From the NCBI GenBank assembly GCA_964291395.2, contig OZ219856.1, positions 2,080,001-2,144,000 on the forward strand: a stretch of DNA of 64,000 nucleotides. The letters are read 5' to 3'. Below are positions 51,717-60,951 of this stretch, in pieces. This DNA is from Alphaproteobacteria bacterium (GTDB lineage Bacteria; Pseudomonadota; Alphaproteobacteria; UBA2966). The notes under the pieces are model-generated. The model was not told where the DNA came from. It saw nothing but the letters and a program-made list of their open reading frames with translations, and did no database searches. Position numbers and translations under genes: made by a program. Within the stretch, counting starts at the first letter, position 1; each line of letters opens with the position of its first letter.

Positions 51717-52835
51717 ATGAACGCCGCTTCACCACGGATACCGATCGTCAACGTCGAGGCCCAACACCAGAAGTTGCGCCCCGAAATCCTGCGGGCGCTC
51801 CGAGACGTCTTTGATTCCCGGGCTTACGTTCAAGGCCCGCACGTTCAGGCATTCGAGACGGCCTTCGCCTCGGAGCACGGCGCGGCACACGCGGCCGGCT
51901 GCAGCAACGGAACGGCCGCCCTTTCCCTGGCGCTGGAAGCGGCGGGCGTCGGCCCCGGCGACGAAGTGATCACCACCTCGTACACCTTCGTCGCCACCGC
52001 GGAGTCCATCCTTCATCTGGGCGCCACGCCGGTGTTCGTGGACATCGAGCCCGGCACCTACAACATGGACCCGCGCCTCGTCCGGCAGGCCGTCACGCGG
52101 CGAACCAAAGCGATCGTTCCGGTCCATCTGTACGGAACGCCTTGCGCCATGGACGAGCTACGGGAGATCGCGAACGAGAACGACGCGGTCATCGTCGAAG
52201 ACTGCGCCCAGGCACACCTCGCGAAGTTCGAAGGCCAAGCCGTCGGCACCTTCGGGCGGGCCGGTTCCTTCAGTTTCTACCCCGGCAAGAACCTGGGAGC
52301 ATGCGGCGACGCCGGAATGGTGGTGAGCGAGGACGAGAACACCATCTCGCGCGTCAAGAAGCTTCTCGACCATGGCCGAGAGACGAAGTATCTCCACGAC
52401 ATCGTCGGCTACAACCGACGCATGGACGCCATGCAGGCAGCCATTCTCGGCGTCAAGCTGCGATATCTCGAAGAGTGGACGTCCCGGCGTCGCGAAAACG
52501 CGGAGGCGTACGACAGCCGGCTCAAGCCGGCCGGATTCCAGGTGATCGAGCCTCCCGACAACACGGAACCCGTTTATCATCTATACGTCGTTCAAGTGGA
52601 CAATCGAGAGGAAACCACGGAAGCGCTCGCAGCGAACGGGATCGGCTTCGGCATCCACTATCCGACCCCTCTCCACCTGCAGCCATCCATGTCGGAACTG
52701 GGATACAAGGCCGGCTCACTGCCCGTAACGGAAGCGGTCGCAGGCCGGGTCCTCAGCCTGCCGATGTGTGCGGAGCTCTCACGGGGACAAATCGATCGGG
52801 TTTGCGACGCGTTCGTGGGCGTCGCGCGGCCGTGA
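51717..52835 (+). CDS. DegT/DnrJ/EryC1/StrS PLP-dependent sugar aminotransferase
   Basis: SNGTAAL, EDCAQAH, SFYPGKNLGACGDAG. Confidence 0.95.
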   Translation: MNAASPRIPIVNVEAQHQKLRPEILRALRDVFDSRAYVQGPHVQAFETAFASEHGAAHAAGCSNGTAALSLALEAAGVGPGDEVITTSYTFVATAESILHLGATPVFVDIEPGTYNMDPRLVRQAVTRRTKAIVPVHLYGTPCAMDELREIANENDAVIVEDCAQAHLAKFEGQAVGTFGRAGSFSFYPGKNLGACGDAGMVVSEDENTISRVKKLLDHGRETKYLHDIVGYNRRMDAMQAAILGVKLRYLEEWTSRRRENAEAYDSRLKPAGFQVIEPPDNTEPVYHLYVVQVDNREETTEALAANGIGFGIHYPTPLHLQPSMSELGYKAGSLPVTEAVAGRVLSLPMCAELSRGQIDRVCDAFVGVARP

Positions 52836-52909
52836 TCGGCGATCTCGAGCCCTGCCGGGGGAGCCGGCGGTGATGGCGGACCTCGTGCGGCTGCGCCGCA
52901 TTCAGGGGA

Positions 52910-53692
52910 TCAGGAGACCGGCTTTCCGTCCACGACGACTTCGTCGACCTTGTCATCGTAGAAGCACAGCAGCCCCTTGATGGCGCCGCACTCGGGCAAC
53001 GGTTCCGCATAGCTCCACGCCAGGTCCTCGATCACCTCTCCGCCGATGTCCAGCGACCAGTATCCGGCCCTCCCCTTGTAGGGACAGGCCGTCGCCGACG
53101 AAGACGGAACGAGATGATCCATCATCACGTCTTCGGCCGGGATGTAGTAGCGGGTGCGAAGGCCGGTTTCGAAGAGCAGTACGGGCCGTGACGTATCCGC
53201 AAGCGTCAGCCCTTTGTGATTCACGCGGACGGACCGCGAACTCTTGAGGACGTCGATGCGCACGCAGGGATCTCTGGCGTGCACAAAGACCTCCTCGTCC
53301 TCCTCGTACCAGCGATCCACCTTGTCCCAGTAAAACGCGATGCAATCCTTGATATCCAGCGCCTCGTCGTAAGGCGTCTCGTAGCTCCACATCGCGTCGT
53401 CTTCCGACCGGTCACCGACCTTCAACGTCCAGTACGAGGCGTCTCCCTTGAACGGGCAGTAAGTCCGGCTGTCCGTGCGCTCGGCCAAGTCCATCCGGAC
53501 ATCTTCCTTCGGGAAATAGTAGACGGGAGTGTGCCGGCGTTCGCGGACGATCAACGTCCGCCTGCTGTCGGCGATCGTTTCACCGCCGAAAACGGCGCGC
53601 ACCCACTTGGGACTCAACCGGGCTTCGACGTAATGGTCGGGATGCTTCTCGTATCCCGGAGCCGGATTACCGGATGTCGCGCCCCCGGCCAT
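52910..53692 (-). CDS. DUF427 tandem-domain protein
   Basis: Two repeats of YY(F/I)P.EDV...CP(F/Y)KG.A.YW...WSY. Confidence 0.88.
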   Translation of the reverse strand: MAGGATSGNPAPGYEKHPDHYVEARLSPKWVRAVFGGETIADSRRTLIVRERRHTPVYYFPKEDVRMDLAERTDSRTYCPFKGDASYWTLKVGDRSEDDAMWSYETPYDEALDIKDCIAFYWDKVDRWYEEDEEVFVHARDPCVRIDVLKSSRSVRVNHKGLTLADTSRPVLLFETGLRTRYYIPAEDVMMDHLVPSSSATACPYKGRAGYWSLDIGGEVIEDLAWSYAEPLPECGAIKGLLCFYDDKVDEVVVDGKPVS

Positions 53693-53718
53693 CGCTCCCT
53701 CCCCCGGCAGTGGATGCG

Positions 53719-54720
53719 TCAGGACTCCGTTTCCCGGACGATCATGACGGAATGGCCCGCCTTCTCCAGCACCTTGACGGCCACGCTGCCCAGGAAAAAA
53801 CGTTTCAGTGCGGACTTCCCGGTGTCCGACAGCACGATCAGCGAATAGTTCTGCCCTTGCTCGATGATCTCGTCGATCGGGTTGCCCACGGGCGTATAAC
53901 TGTCCTTGACCTCGAACCCCATGGACTCGATGAGCTCGCGCGCCTCGGCGATACTCCGTTGGGCCTCGGGCAAGCTCTCCTGGTCGAGCGCCACGGACAT
54001 CAGCGAGATGGAGCAGTGGCATCGCGCGGCGATGTTGGCGTCGATCTCGACGGTTCGCAGGGACCGTTCGGAGCCGTCGGTGCAGATCAGGTGCCCGTGT
54101 CCCTCCTCGAGTTCTCTAGCGACGAGCACCGAGCAGGGCGCGTAGAGGGCGATCTTCTCGGCGACCGCCGGATCCCAGAGCGAGAGCGGCGCGGGCGCCC
54201 AGTTCGCGGATGCGCCCAGTACGATCAGATCGTACTTGAACTGGTCCCACTGTTCGAGGATACCCGAGGCGATGTCCGAGGCGACCTTCAGCTTGAGGAC
54301 CAGCCGTTTGCCCTGGGCGTTGGTATAGACAGTCGCGTTGTCGCCCAGAGGATCGCCTTCCACGTGCCGATGTATGGTCTCCTCGTCCCAGTCCCCCTCC
54401 ATGCTGGCGAGCCGCATGAGCATGTCGCGGCCCTTCTCCAGGTGCTTGATGCCCGGAAGTTCCAGACCCCAGTTCAGCATGTTCTCGCGGGCGACACGCA
54501 CCTGCAGCCCCCCCGAGCGAAGGCCCTGATCGACCGGACGAACGTAGAGCAAGCAGATATCCGCATCGACGCCCCCGCCGAGACGCGCGGCGTAGCGCAG
54601 GCCGCGATAGGATTCTTCGGATCCATCTATGCAGACGAGGATTCGAAACCGCTTTTCCTGAGGTGCGGGCGAGGCACCGGGTCCGGCGGACTCCCCGGCG
54701 TTCGGAGTCTGCTGAGTCAT
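53719..54720 (-). CDS. Two-domain universal stress protein
   Basis: ILVCIDGSEES, ICTDGSERS, FLGSVAVKVL. Confidence 0.88.
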   Translation of the reverse strand: MTQQTPNAGESAGPGASPAPQEKRFRILVCIDGSEESYRGLRYAARLGGGVDADICLLYVRPVDQGLRSGGLQVRVARENMLNWGLELPGIKHLEKGRDMLMRLASMEGDWDEETIHRHVEGDPLGDNATVYTNAQGKRLVLKLKVASDIASGILEQWDQFKYDLIVLGASANWAPAPLSLWDPAVAEKIALYAPCSVLVARELEEGHGHLICTDGSERSLRTVEIDANIAARCHCSISLMSVALDQESLPEAQRSIAEARELIESMGFEVKDSYTPVGNPIDEIIEQGQNYSLIVLSDTGKSALKRFFLGSVAVKVLEKAGHSVMIVRETES

Positions 54721-54741
54721 CCTCTCCTCTGGTTCCCCCTG

Positions 54742-56244
54742 TCAGATGCCGACCAGAGGCCAATACACGGCTGCCGCTCCCAACATGATTATCGTGGATG
54801 CGACGACCATTTTCCAGCCGACAACGAGAAAATCGGTCGTTTTGAGGAATCCCGAGGAGTAGACGATCGTACAGGCGGGGGTTCCAACCACGGTCAGGTA
54901 GGCGAATGCGGACGAAACCGCGCAGACGAATCCGACGACGAGCGGGCTCTCGCCAGCAAGATCGGCCATGTTGAGGACGATCGGCCCGAGCACGGCGACA
55001 GCCGCGCCGTTGGACATCATGTTGGTAATACCCGTCGTGAGGACGGATACGGCCGCCCAGAGCCCGATCCCCTCGCCGCCGCCGATGGGCGCCAAAGCAT
55101 CCAGGAAGGATTGCGCCACCCAGGCGGCGGCCCCCGTATCCTTCATCTGAACGCCGAGCGAGATCGCCGCGGCGTAGAGAAGCACCACGCCCCAGTTCAC
55201 GCCGTTGTTGATGTCTTCCCAGCGCACCAGCCCCGCGATGAGAAACGCCACGGCGCCGGACACGGCGACCGTGCCCATGCCCAGATCCTGGGAGAATAAG
55301 ATCCAGCCCAGCAGCACCAGGAAGAAGAGGCCGATGCTCATCCATTCGCCCGCCTTCATCGGACCTTCTTCCGCGACCTGGGCGCGCAGCCGGACGATGG
55401 CGCGCGACAGGTCGCGATGCTCGGGCCGGAAGGTGACGAACAGGATGAACGTGACGATCGGAACCTGGATGAGGAACATGGGATACGCGTAGAGCATCCA
55501 TTTCGCGTAATCCATCAGGTAGACGAACGTCTCCGGGTTGGTCGGGTCGTAGAAGAACTCCTTCCAGTACCCGATCATGATGGCGTTGCGGGCGCCGCCC
55601 GACGGAGTCCCGATGCCCGCGACCGAGCATCCGTAGGAGATGGAAAACAGGATCACCGCGGCGAGCGAGCGCACCTTCTTGGGGTCGTCCGAGGTCAGCG
55701 TCACGAGCAGGATCCCCACGGGCAGCATCATGGCCGCGACGGTGTGCTCGCCGATGAACGACGCGAGCACGCCCGAGACGATCGAGATCCCGAAGCACAC
55801 GCGCGTCGTCTTCGTACCGGTCATACGCACGATGAGCCAGGCGATGCGCTTGTCGAGGCGCTGGCGCACCACGGCGACGGCCAACATCAACGATCCCATG
55901 ATGAACAGCACGGAGTCGTTCATCAGACTCTTGGCGACCTCGGTCGATTCGAGGCCCATGAGCAGGACCTCGCCGATGATGATGAGGAGCGCGACGCCCG
56001 GCAGGGGGATGGGTTCCGTGATGAACAGGATCGTCGCCATGATCGACATGGTCAGAACGATCTGGCCGGCACGCGTCAGCCCTTCCGGAGGATCGAAGCT
56101 CAACAGCACGAAGCCCACGAGCAACGCGATGAAGAACCACTTCTTTTCCCAGAAATAATAGAGATTTGCGCCAAGCCTCAGGTCGAAACGCGACGAAATC
56201 GACTCGACGGCAGGGGGTTCGGTTGACCCGGTTTGTGAAACCAT
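54742..56244 (-). CDS. DASS/SLC13 sodium:anion symporter
   Basis: About 12 TM segments, GTPSGGARN and MMSNGAA SNT-like motifs, GTPACTIVYSSG. Confidence 0.9.
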   Translation of the reverse strand: MVSQTGSTEPPAVESISSRFDLRLGANLYYFWEKKWFFIALLVGFVLLSFDPPEGLTRAGQIVLTMSIMATILFITEPIPLPGVALLIIIGEVLLMGLESTEVAKSLMNDSVLFIMGSLMLAVAVVRQRLDKRIAWLIVRMTGTKTTRVCFGISIVSGVLASFIGEHTVAAMMLPVGILLVTLTSDDPKKVRSLAAVILFSISYGCSVAGIGTPSGGARNAIMIGYWKEFFYDPTNPETFVYLMDYAKWMLYAYPMFLIQVPIVTFILFVTFRPEHRDLSRAIVRLRAQVAEEGPMKAGEWMSIGLFFLVLLGWILFSQDLGMGTVAVSGAVAFLIAGLVRWEDINNGVNWGVVLLYAAAISLGVQMKDTGAAAWVAQSFLDALAPIGGGEGIGLWAAVSVLTTGITNMMSNGAAVAVLGPIVLNMADLAGESPLVVGFVCAVSSAFAYLTVVGTPACTIVYSSGFLKTTDFLVVGWKMVVASTIIMLGAAAVYWPLVGI

Positions 56245-56469
56245 CTTCTCAGGGACTAGCAAGGTGTCGTGGTGTGATATACGCCGATTTTTCCGAAGCG
56301 TCTAAGAGAAAGTGGCTATCTACCGTTTCCATAGGAATAAATCCCAGGTGATGACGGCAGGACGGGATGTCGATTCCGATCCGCCCTAGCGCAGATGCCA
56401 CCGAATCGTTCACTATGCGGGCGCACGGCGGATACACGCCGACAGGACAGGGAGGACAGACGATCGACC

Positions 56470-56757
56470 ATGACCCGCGCCATCTTGCTCAACGAAAGCG
56501 ATAACGTCGCCACGCTCATCGACGACGGTTCGTCCGGAGACGACTGCCTGCTTCAAGGGGAAGGGTCCGGTTCCGTGAAGCTCGGCAGGGACATCCCCTT
56601 CGGCCACAAGGTCGCCGTCGCCGACATCGGCGTCGGAGGCGAGGTGATCAAATACGGTCAGGTAATCGGCCTGGCGACGGAAACCATTCCGACGGGACAA
56701 CACGCCCACGTCCACAACATCGAGTCGCGGCGCGGCCGCGGCGACAAGCCAGCGTAG
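56470..56757 (+). CDS. UxaA-family SAF-domain small subunit (SuyA-like)
   Basis: DNVAT, IPFGHKVA, IKYGQVIG, HVHNIES. Confidence 0.88.
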   Translation: MTRAILLNESDNVATLIDDGSSGDDCLLQGEGSGSVKLGRDIPFGHKVAVADIGVGGEVIKYGQVIGLATETIPTGQHAHVHNIESRRGRGDKPA

Positions 56758-56767
56758 GAGCGGAGCG

Positions 56768-57919
56768 ATGAACTTTCTCGGTTACGAACGTCCCGACGGA
56801 CAAGTGGGAATCCGCAACTGGATCGGCGTCATTTCCGTCATGGACAACATCAACCCGATCACGCGCGCCGTCTGCGGCGCGGTGGACGGAACCATTCCCA
56901 TCACCACGCTGTTCGTTCGCGGGCAGTTCGGCCGCGATCTCGAGATCGCCTTCGATACGTTGGGCGGCATGGGACGGAATCCGAACCTGGCAGGCGCACT
57001 GGTCATCGGTCTCGAGGAGTACAGCACGGGCCAAATCGCCGACCGTATCGCCAACACCGGCAAGCCGGTCGAGACCGTGATCCTGCAACAGACCGGCGGT
57101 TCCATCGCGGCGACGGCGGAAGGCATGGAGAAGGCAGCCGCGCTGGTCGCCGAGGCCTCGAACCTCCGGCGGAAGGACTTGCCTGCCTCCACGCTGACAC
57201 TGGGCGTGGAGTGCGGCGGCTCGGACACCACGTCCGGACTTGCCTCCAATCCCGCCATCGGACGCGCGGCCGATCGCCTCGTCGATGACGGCGGCACGGT
57301 CATCATCTCGGAAACGTCCGAATTCCTGGGCGCCGAAGACCTGTTCGCCGAACGGGCGGTGGACGACTCCGTCAAACAGGCGTTCCTGGACCGCGTGTTG
57401 GGACACGAAAAGGCGTCGATGGAGCGCGGTCTGGATATCCGGGGAGCCAACCCGGTCGCCGACAACATCAAGGGCGGCCTCAGCACCATCGAGGAAAAGG
57501 CGCTCGGCGCCATGTCGAAGGCAGGAACCCGGCCGCTCGTCGGGGTGCTCGACTATGGCGAATCGCCTGTCCACAAGGGCATGCACTTCATGGCGACACC
57601 GGCTCCGGCCGTCGAATCCATGACCGCCTTTGCCGCGTCGGGCTGTCAACTGATCGCCTTCTCCACGGGCGTCGGCAACATCATCGGCAACTACGTGTCA
57701 CCCACCATCAAGGTGTCGGGCAACCCGAAAACCGTGGCGAAAATGCCGATCAACATCGACTACGACGTCTGTCCGATCATCGAGGACGGCCGGACCATCA
57801 CCGAAGTGGGCGACGAGCTCTACGAATACATGCTGGACGTCTCGTCGGGCACGAAGGTCGCCAGCGAGATACTCAACCAGCGCGAAACCGCCATCAGCCG
57901 GTTCGAGCCTTCGATTTAG
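56768..57919 (+). CDS. UxaA-family dehydratase/sulfo-lyase large subunit (SuyB-like)
   Basis: FLGYERPDGQVGIRN, ECGGSDTTSG, GGLSTIEEKALG, FSTGVG. Confidence 0.88.
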   Translation: MNFLGYERPDGQVGIRNWIGVISVMDNINPITRAVCGAVDGTIPITTLFVRGQFGRDLEIAFDTLGGMGRNPNLAGALVIGLEEYSTGQIADRIANTGKPVETVILQQTGGSIAATAEGMEKAAALVAEASNLRRKDLPASTLTLGVECGGSDTTSGLASNPAIGRAADRLVDDGGTVIISETSEFLGAEDLFAERAVDDSVKQAFLDRVLGHEKASMERGLDIRGANPVADNIKGGLSTIEEKALGAMSKAGTRPLVGVLDYGESPVHKGMHFMATPAPAVESMTAFAASGCQLIAFSTGVGNIIGNYVSPTIKVSGNPKTVAKMPINIDYDVCPIIEDGRTITEVGDELYEYMLDVSSGTKVASEILNQRETAISRFEPSI

Positions 57920-57932
57920 GCCGGGTCGCCGG

Positions 57933-57978
57933 AAAGGAAACGGGCGGCGCTCCGCATTCCGCGGAGCGCCGCCCGAAA
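57933..57978 (-). terminator. Rho-independent terminator between convergent genes
   Basis: 15-bp stem CGGGCGGCGCTCCGC-attcc-GCGGAGCGCCGCCCG with TTTCCTTT tail on minus strand. Confidence 0.75.
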
Positions 57979-58030
57979 CGCCGGAGCGCGCGAGACGCCC
58001 GTTACCAATCGTGGAATCCGTTCGAATCGG

Positions 58031-59119
58031 CTACTTGGCGACCGTCCGGTTCCACTTCCGGGTCCATCCCTTTACGTCGAAGGCCGACCAATCGAGCTGG
58101 TACAGATTGTCGATCTCGGACGGTTTCATCATCAGGAACGGTGTGCCCGTAGCGTCCAGCTTCAGCTTCGCCGGATCGGAGTACTTCTTCTGAATGTTCT
58201 TGTTCGGCGGTACGATGCCGTTCTTCACGTGCAGGAGTTCCTGCATCTCGTCGGAAATCAGGACGTTGAGGTAGAACTCGGCCGCCTCCTTGTTCTTGGA
58301 TCCCGCTGTAACGCCCGCATATCCGATTCCGGCGTATCCCTTCCTGTCCTTCACCGGCGGGTGGACCATGCCGACCTTCACCCCGCCGTCATTGAGCCTT
58401 ACGGCCCAGCCCGCGTGGGCGATGGTGGCGTAAACGTCGCCCGCCTTGTGGAGCTGAGTGACCGTGGTCCCCGATTTCCAGAACGAATGAACGTTGAGCT
58501 TCTTGATGAGATCGAGCCCGGGATCGATGTTGTGTTCGTCCCCTCCGGCCTCGGCGGCAAATCCCACGATCCCGCCGTACACGGCATTGACATCGATATC
58601 GGGAAACGCCACCCGGCCCGAAAGCTTGGGATGGAGCAGATCCTTGTACCTCGTCGGTCTCGGCAGCCCGAGCTCCTCGAACTTCTCGATGTCGAACAGG
58701 AAGCCTTCCTCGGTGATCCAGTTGGCGACCCTGTATTCGTTGTAAAACGCGGGACTGAGATTCTTCAGGTTCGGAACGTTCGCCGGATCGTACTTCTGAA
58801 CGAACCCGCCCTTCATGGTACCCGGCGTCGTATCGACGATCTCGATCACGTCCATCGGCGGCTCCTGCCCCCGCGCCGCGACCATTTTCGACAACAGAAG
58901 TTTGGGATTGCCGAGAACCCATTCCACCTTGCCGCCTTCGGCCTCGAACTTGGGGCAGAAGACGCTGCACAGGCGATCCTTCCAGCTCCCGCCGAAGGTG
59001 CCGACCGTGAGGGTCACGCCCTCGAACTTTCCGGCGGCGGTTGCGGAGCCCGCGCCCAGCGCCAGAACGACAGCGGCTGCCAGCGCACCCGCGGTCAGAT
59101 GTTTCAAGTGTCGTTTCAT
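58031..59119 (-). CDS. ABC extracellular solute-binding protein (PotD/PotF-like, copy 2)
   Basis: Signal peptide, LTVGTFGGSW; paralog of 41078..42166 with the same length. Confidence 0.88.
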   Translation of the reverse strand: MKRHLKHLTAGALAAAVVLALGAGSATAAGKFEGVTLTVGTFGGSWKDRLCSVFCPKFEAEGGKVEWVLGNPKLLLSKMVAARGQEPPMDVIEIVDTTPGTMKGGFVQKYDPANVPNLKNLSPAFYNEYRVANWITEEGFLFDIEKFEELGLPRPTRYKDLLHPKLSGRVAFPDIDVNAVYGGIVGFAAEAGGDEHNIDPGLDLIKKLNVHSFWKSGTTVTQLHKAGDVYATIAHAGWAVRLNDGGVKVGMVHPPVKDRKGYAGIGYAGVTAGSKNKEAAEFYLNVLISDEMQELLHVKNGIVPPNKNIQKKYSDPAKLKLDATGTPFLMMKPSEIDNLYQLDWSAFDVKGWTRKWNRTVAK

Positions 59120-59163
59120 GTCGCTCCTCCCTTTGTTGAATGCGCGTTCCCGCGGAATGCGCT

Positions 59164-60006
59164 CTACCCGTTGCCCCCGGAACGCAACAGAACGTCCAGG
59201 CCAACGATTCTCTGAATGAAGTACAGAACGACGAGAGACCCCAACAGGACGACCGTAGAGATCGCCAGCACGGCCGCGTCGAAGTCGAACTCCATTCCAT
59301 GAAAGATCTCCAGAGGCAGCGTCGTGTAGGTCGCGCTCGCGAGGAAAAGCGAGATCGGGACGTCGCCGAAGGAGACCATGAAGGCGAACAGTGCGCCGGC
59401 GTAAATGCCAGGCATGACGATGGGCAGCGTGACGCGCCGGAAGGTCGTCACGCGATCCGCGCCGAGGCTCAATGCCGCCTCTTCCAAACGAACGTCGAAT
59501 CTCTGCAGCGCCGCGCCGACCGAACCCACGACGTACGGCGTCGCCACGAAGACATGGCCCAACGCAAGGCCCGCGAACGTCCCCTGCAACCCGAAGCCGA
59601 CGGCGTCCGCAAAGAAGTAATAGGTCTGCAGGAAGGCGATGCCGATGACGATGAACGGTATCTGAAGCGGCGCGCGGAACAGTGTCGCGATCAGGGTCTT
59701 GCCGGGGAGGTTGCCGCGCACGATGCCCAGTGCCGCCGGCACTCCGAGAACGGTCCCGACGGTGGCCGCGACCGCCGCCACCGACACGCTCACCCCCAAC
59801 GCCTCCCAGAGCCGCGGCTGAATGTTCTCGTACCAGTAAAGCGTCAGGTCGCTCGGAGGGAACTGCAGGAACGCCCGGCCCGCCACCGATTTGCCGCCGT
59901 CGAACGATGCCCCGGCAACCACGATGACCGGCGCCAGCAGAAAGAGGTAGACCAGTCCCACGACCGACCCCACCAACACCTTCGGGAGGAGTTTCCGGCG
60001 CCTCAT
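59164..60006 (-). CDS. ABC transporter permease (PotC-like)
   Basis: EEAALSLGA; shares LFRAPLQIPFIVIG with 37095..38018. Confidence 0.92.
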   Translation of the reverse strand: MRRRKLLPKVLVGSVVGLVYLFLLAPVIVVAGASFDGGKSVAGRAFLQFPPSDLTLYWYENIQPRLWEALGVSVSVAAVAATVGTVLGVPAALGIVRGNLPGKTLIATLFRAPLQIPFIVIGIAFLQTYYFFADAVGFGLQGTFAGLALGHVFVATPYVVGSVGAALQRFDVRLEEAALSLGADRVTTFRRVTLPIVMPGIYAGALFAFMVSFGDVPISLFLASATYTTLPLEIFHGMEFDFDAAVLAISTVVLLGSLVVLYFIQRIVGLDVLLRSGGNG

Positions 60007-60860
60007 GTGATCACCAGCCTCGCCTTGCGGAACCGGTTCAACAACCAGATGGACAGGATGTTGATGAGAATGACCGAGATCAGCAGAATCGCCGACAAGG
60101 TACCGCCCATCGCGTACTCGGTATCCAGCACGATCGCCCGCTCTATGACGACGGGCAAAGTCAGGACCCTGCCGCCGCCGAGCAGCGCCGCCGACACGAA
60201 CGCCCCCATGCACAGGTTGAAGATGATCAGCGCGCTCGTCGCCACCCCGGGCAGACTCAACGGGAATACGACGCGCATGAACATGCGGTAAGGAGAGGCG
60301 CCGTGAATGAGAGCCGCCTCTTCCAGTGACCTCGGAATGGTCTGGATGACGCTGAAGAGCATGAGCACCATGAAGCCCAGCACGTAGTGCATGAGACCCA
60401 CGACGACACCGTAGACATTGCCCACGATCTTGAGCGGCTGATCCGTCAGGCCGAGCCCCATCAGCGTACGATTCAGGGGGCCGTCGCTCCCGAATATGAT
60501 GATCAAACCCAATACCTTGATCACGATGGTCACGAATGACGACACGACGATGGCCGCGAGCATGATCATGGCCAACTGCTCGGACTGCATCCGGGCGATG
60601 ACGTAGGCGACCGGATAGGCGCAGAGGAGACCGCAAATCACCACCACCGACGACACCTTGATGTTCAGGATCAGGGCGTCGAGATAAAAGGAATCGGTGA
60701 AGACCGTGACGTAGTTGCTGAAGACAAACTCGTCGCCGATCAGACCGATGCCGAGGTCCTCGAAAAAGCCCGCGCGGATAAACAGGAACTGCGTGCCGCC
60801 CAGAAGCAGAAAGCAGAAGAGCATCGGCGGCAGAAGCACGAGCGTCCAATTGGCTTTCAT
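60003..60860 (-). CDS. ABC transporter permease (PotB-like)
   Basis: MKANW start and EEAALIHGA loop; paralog of 36244..37098. Confidence 0.92.
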   Translation of the reverse strand: MKANWTLVLLPPMLFCFLLLGGTQFLFIRAGFFEDLGIGLIGDEFVFSNYVTVFTDSFYLDALILNIKVSSVVVICGLLCAYPVAYVIARMQSEQLAMIMLAAIVVSSFVTIVIKVLGLIIIFGSDGPLNRTLMGLGLTDQPLKIVGNVYGVVVGLMHYVLGFMVLMLFSVIQTIPRSLEEAALIHGASPYRMFMRVVFPLSLPGVATSALIIFNLCMGAFVSAALLGGGRVLTLPVVIERAIVLDTEYAMGGTLSAILLISVILINILSIWLLNRFRKARLVIT

Positions 60861-60951
60861 GCGTTACCCGGCCTCCTTTTCTCCATCTTATCCGCCACGT
60901 ACCAAACGACGCACCGCTTAAATCGCGCGCAAGGCGTCCCGATCGAACGTG

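Noticed and set aside
53674-56140. 541-aa and 674-aa alternative-frame ORFs
   Set aside because: Arg/Gly-rich off-frame translations of the USP and DASS genes
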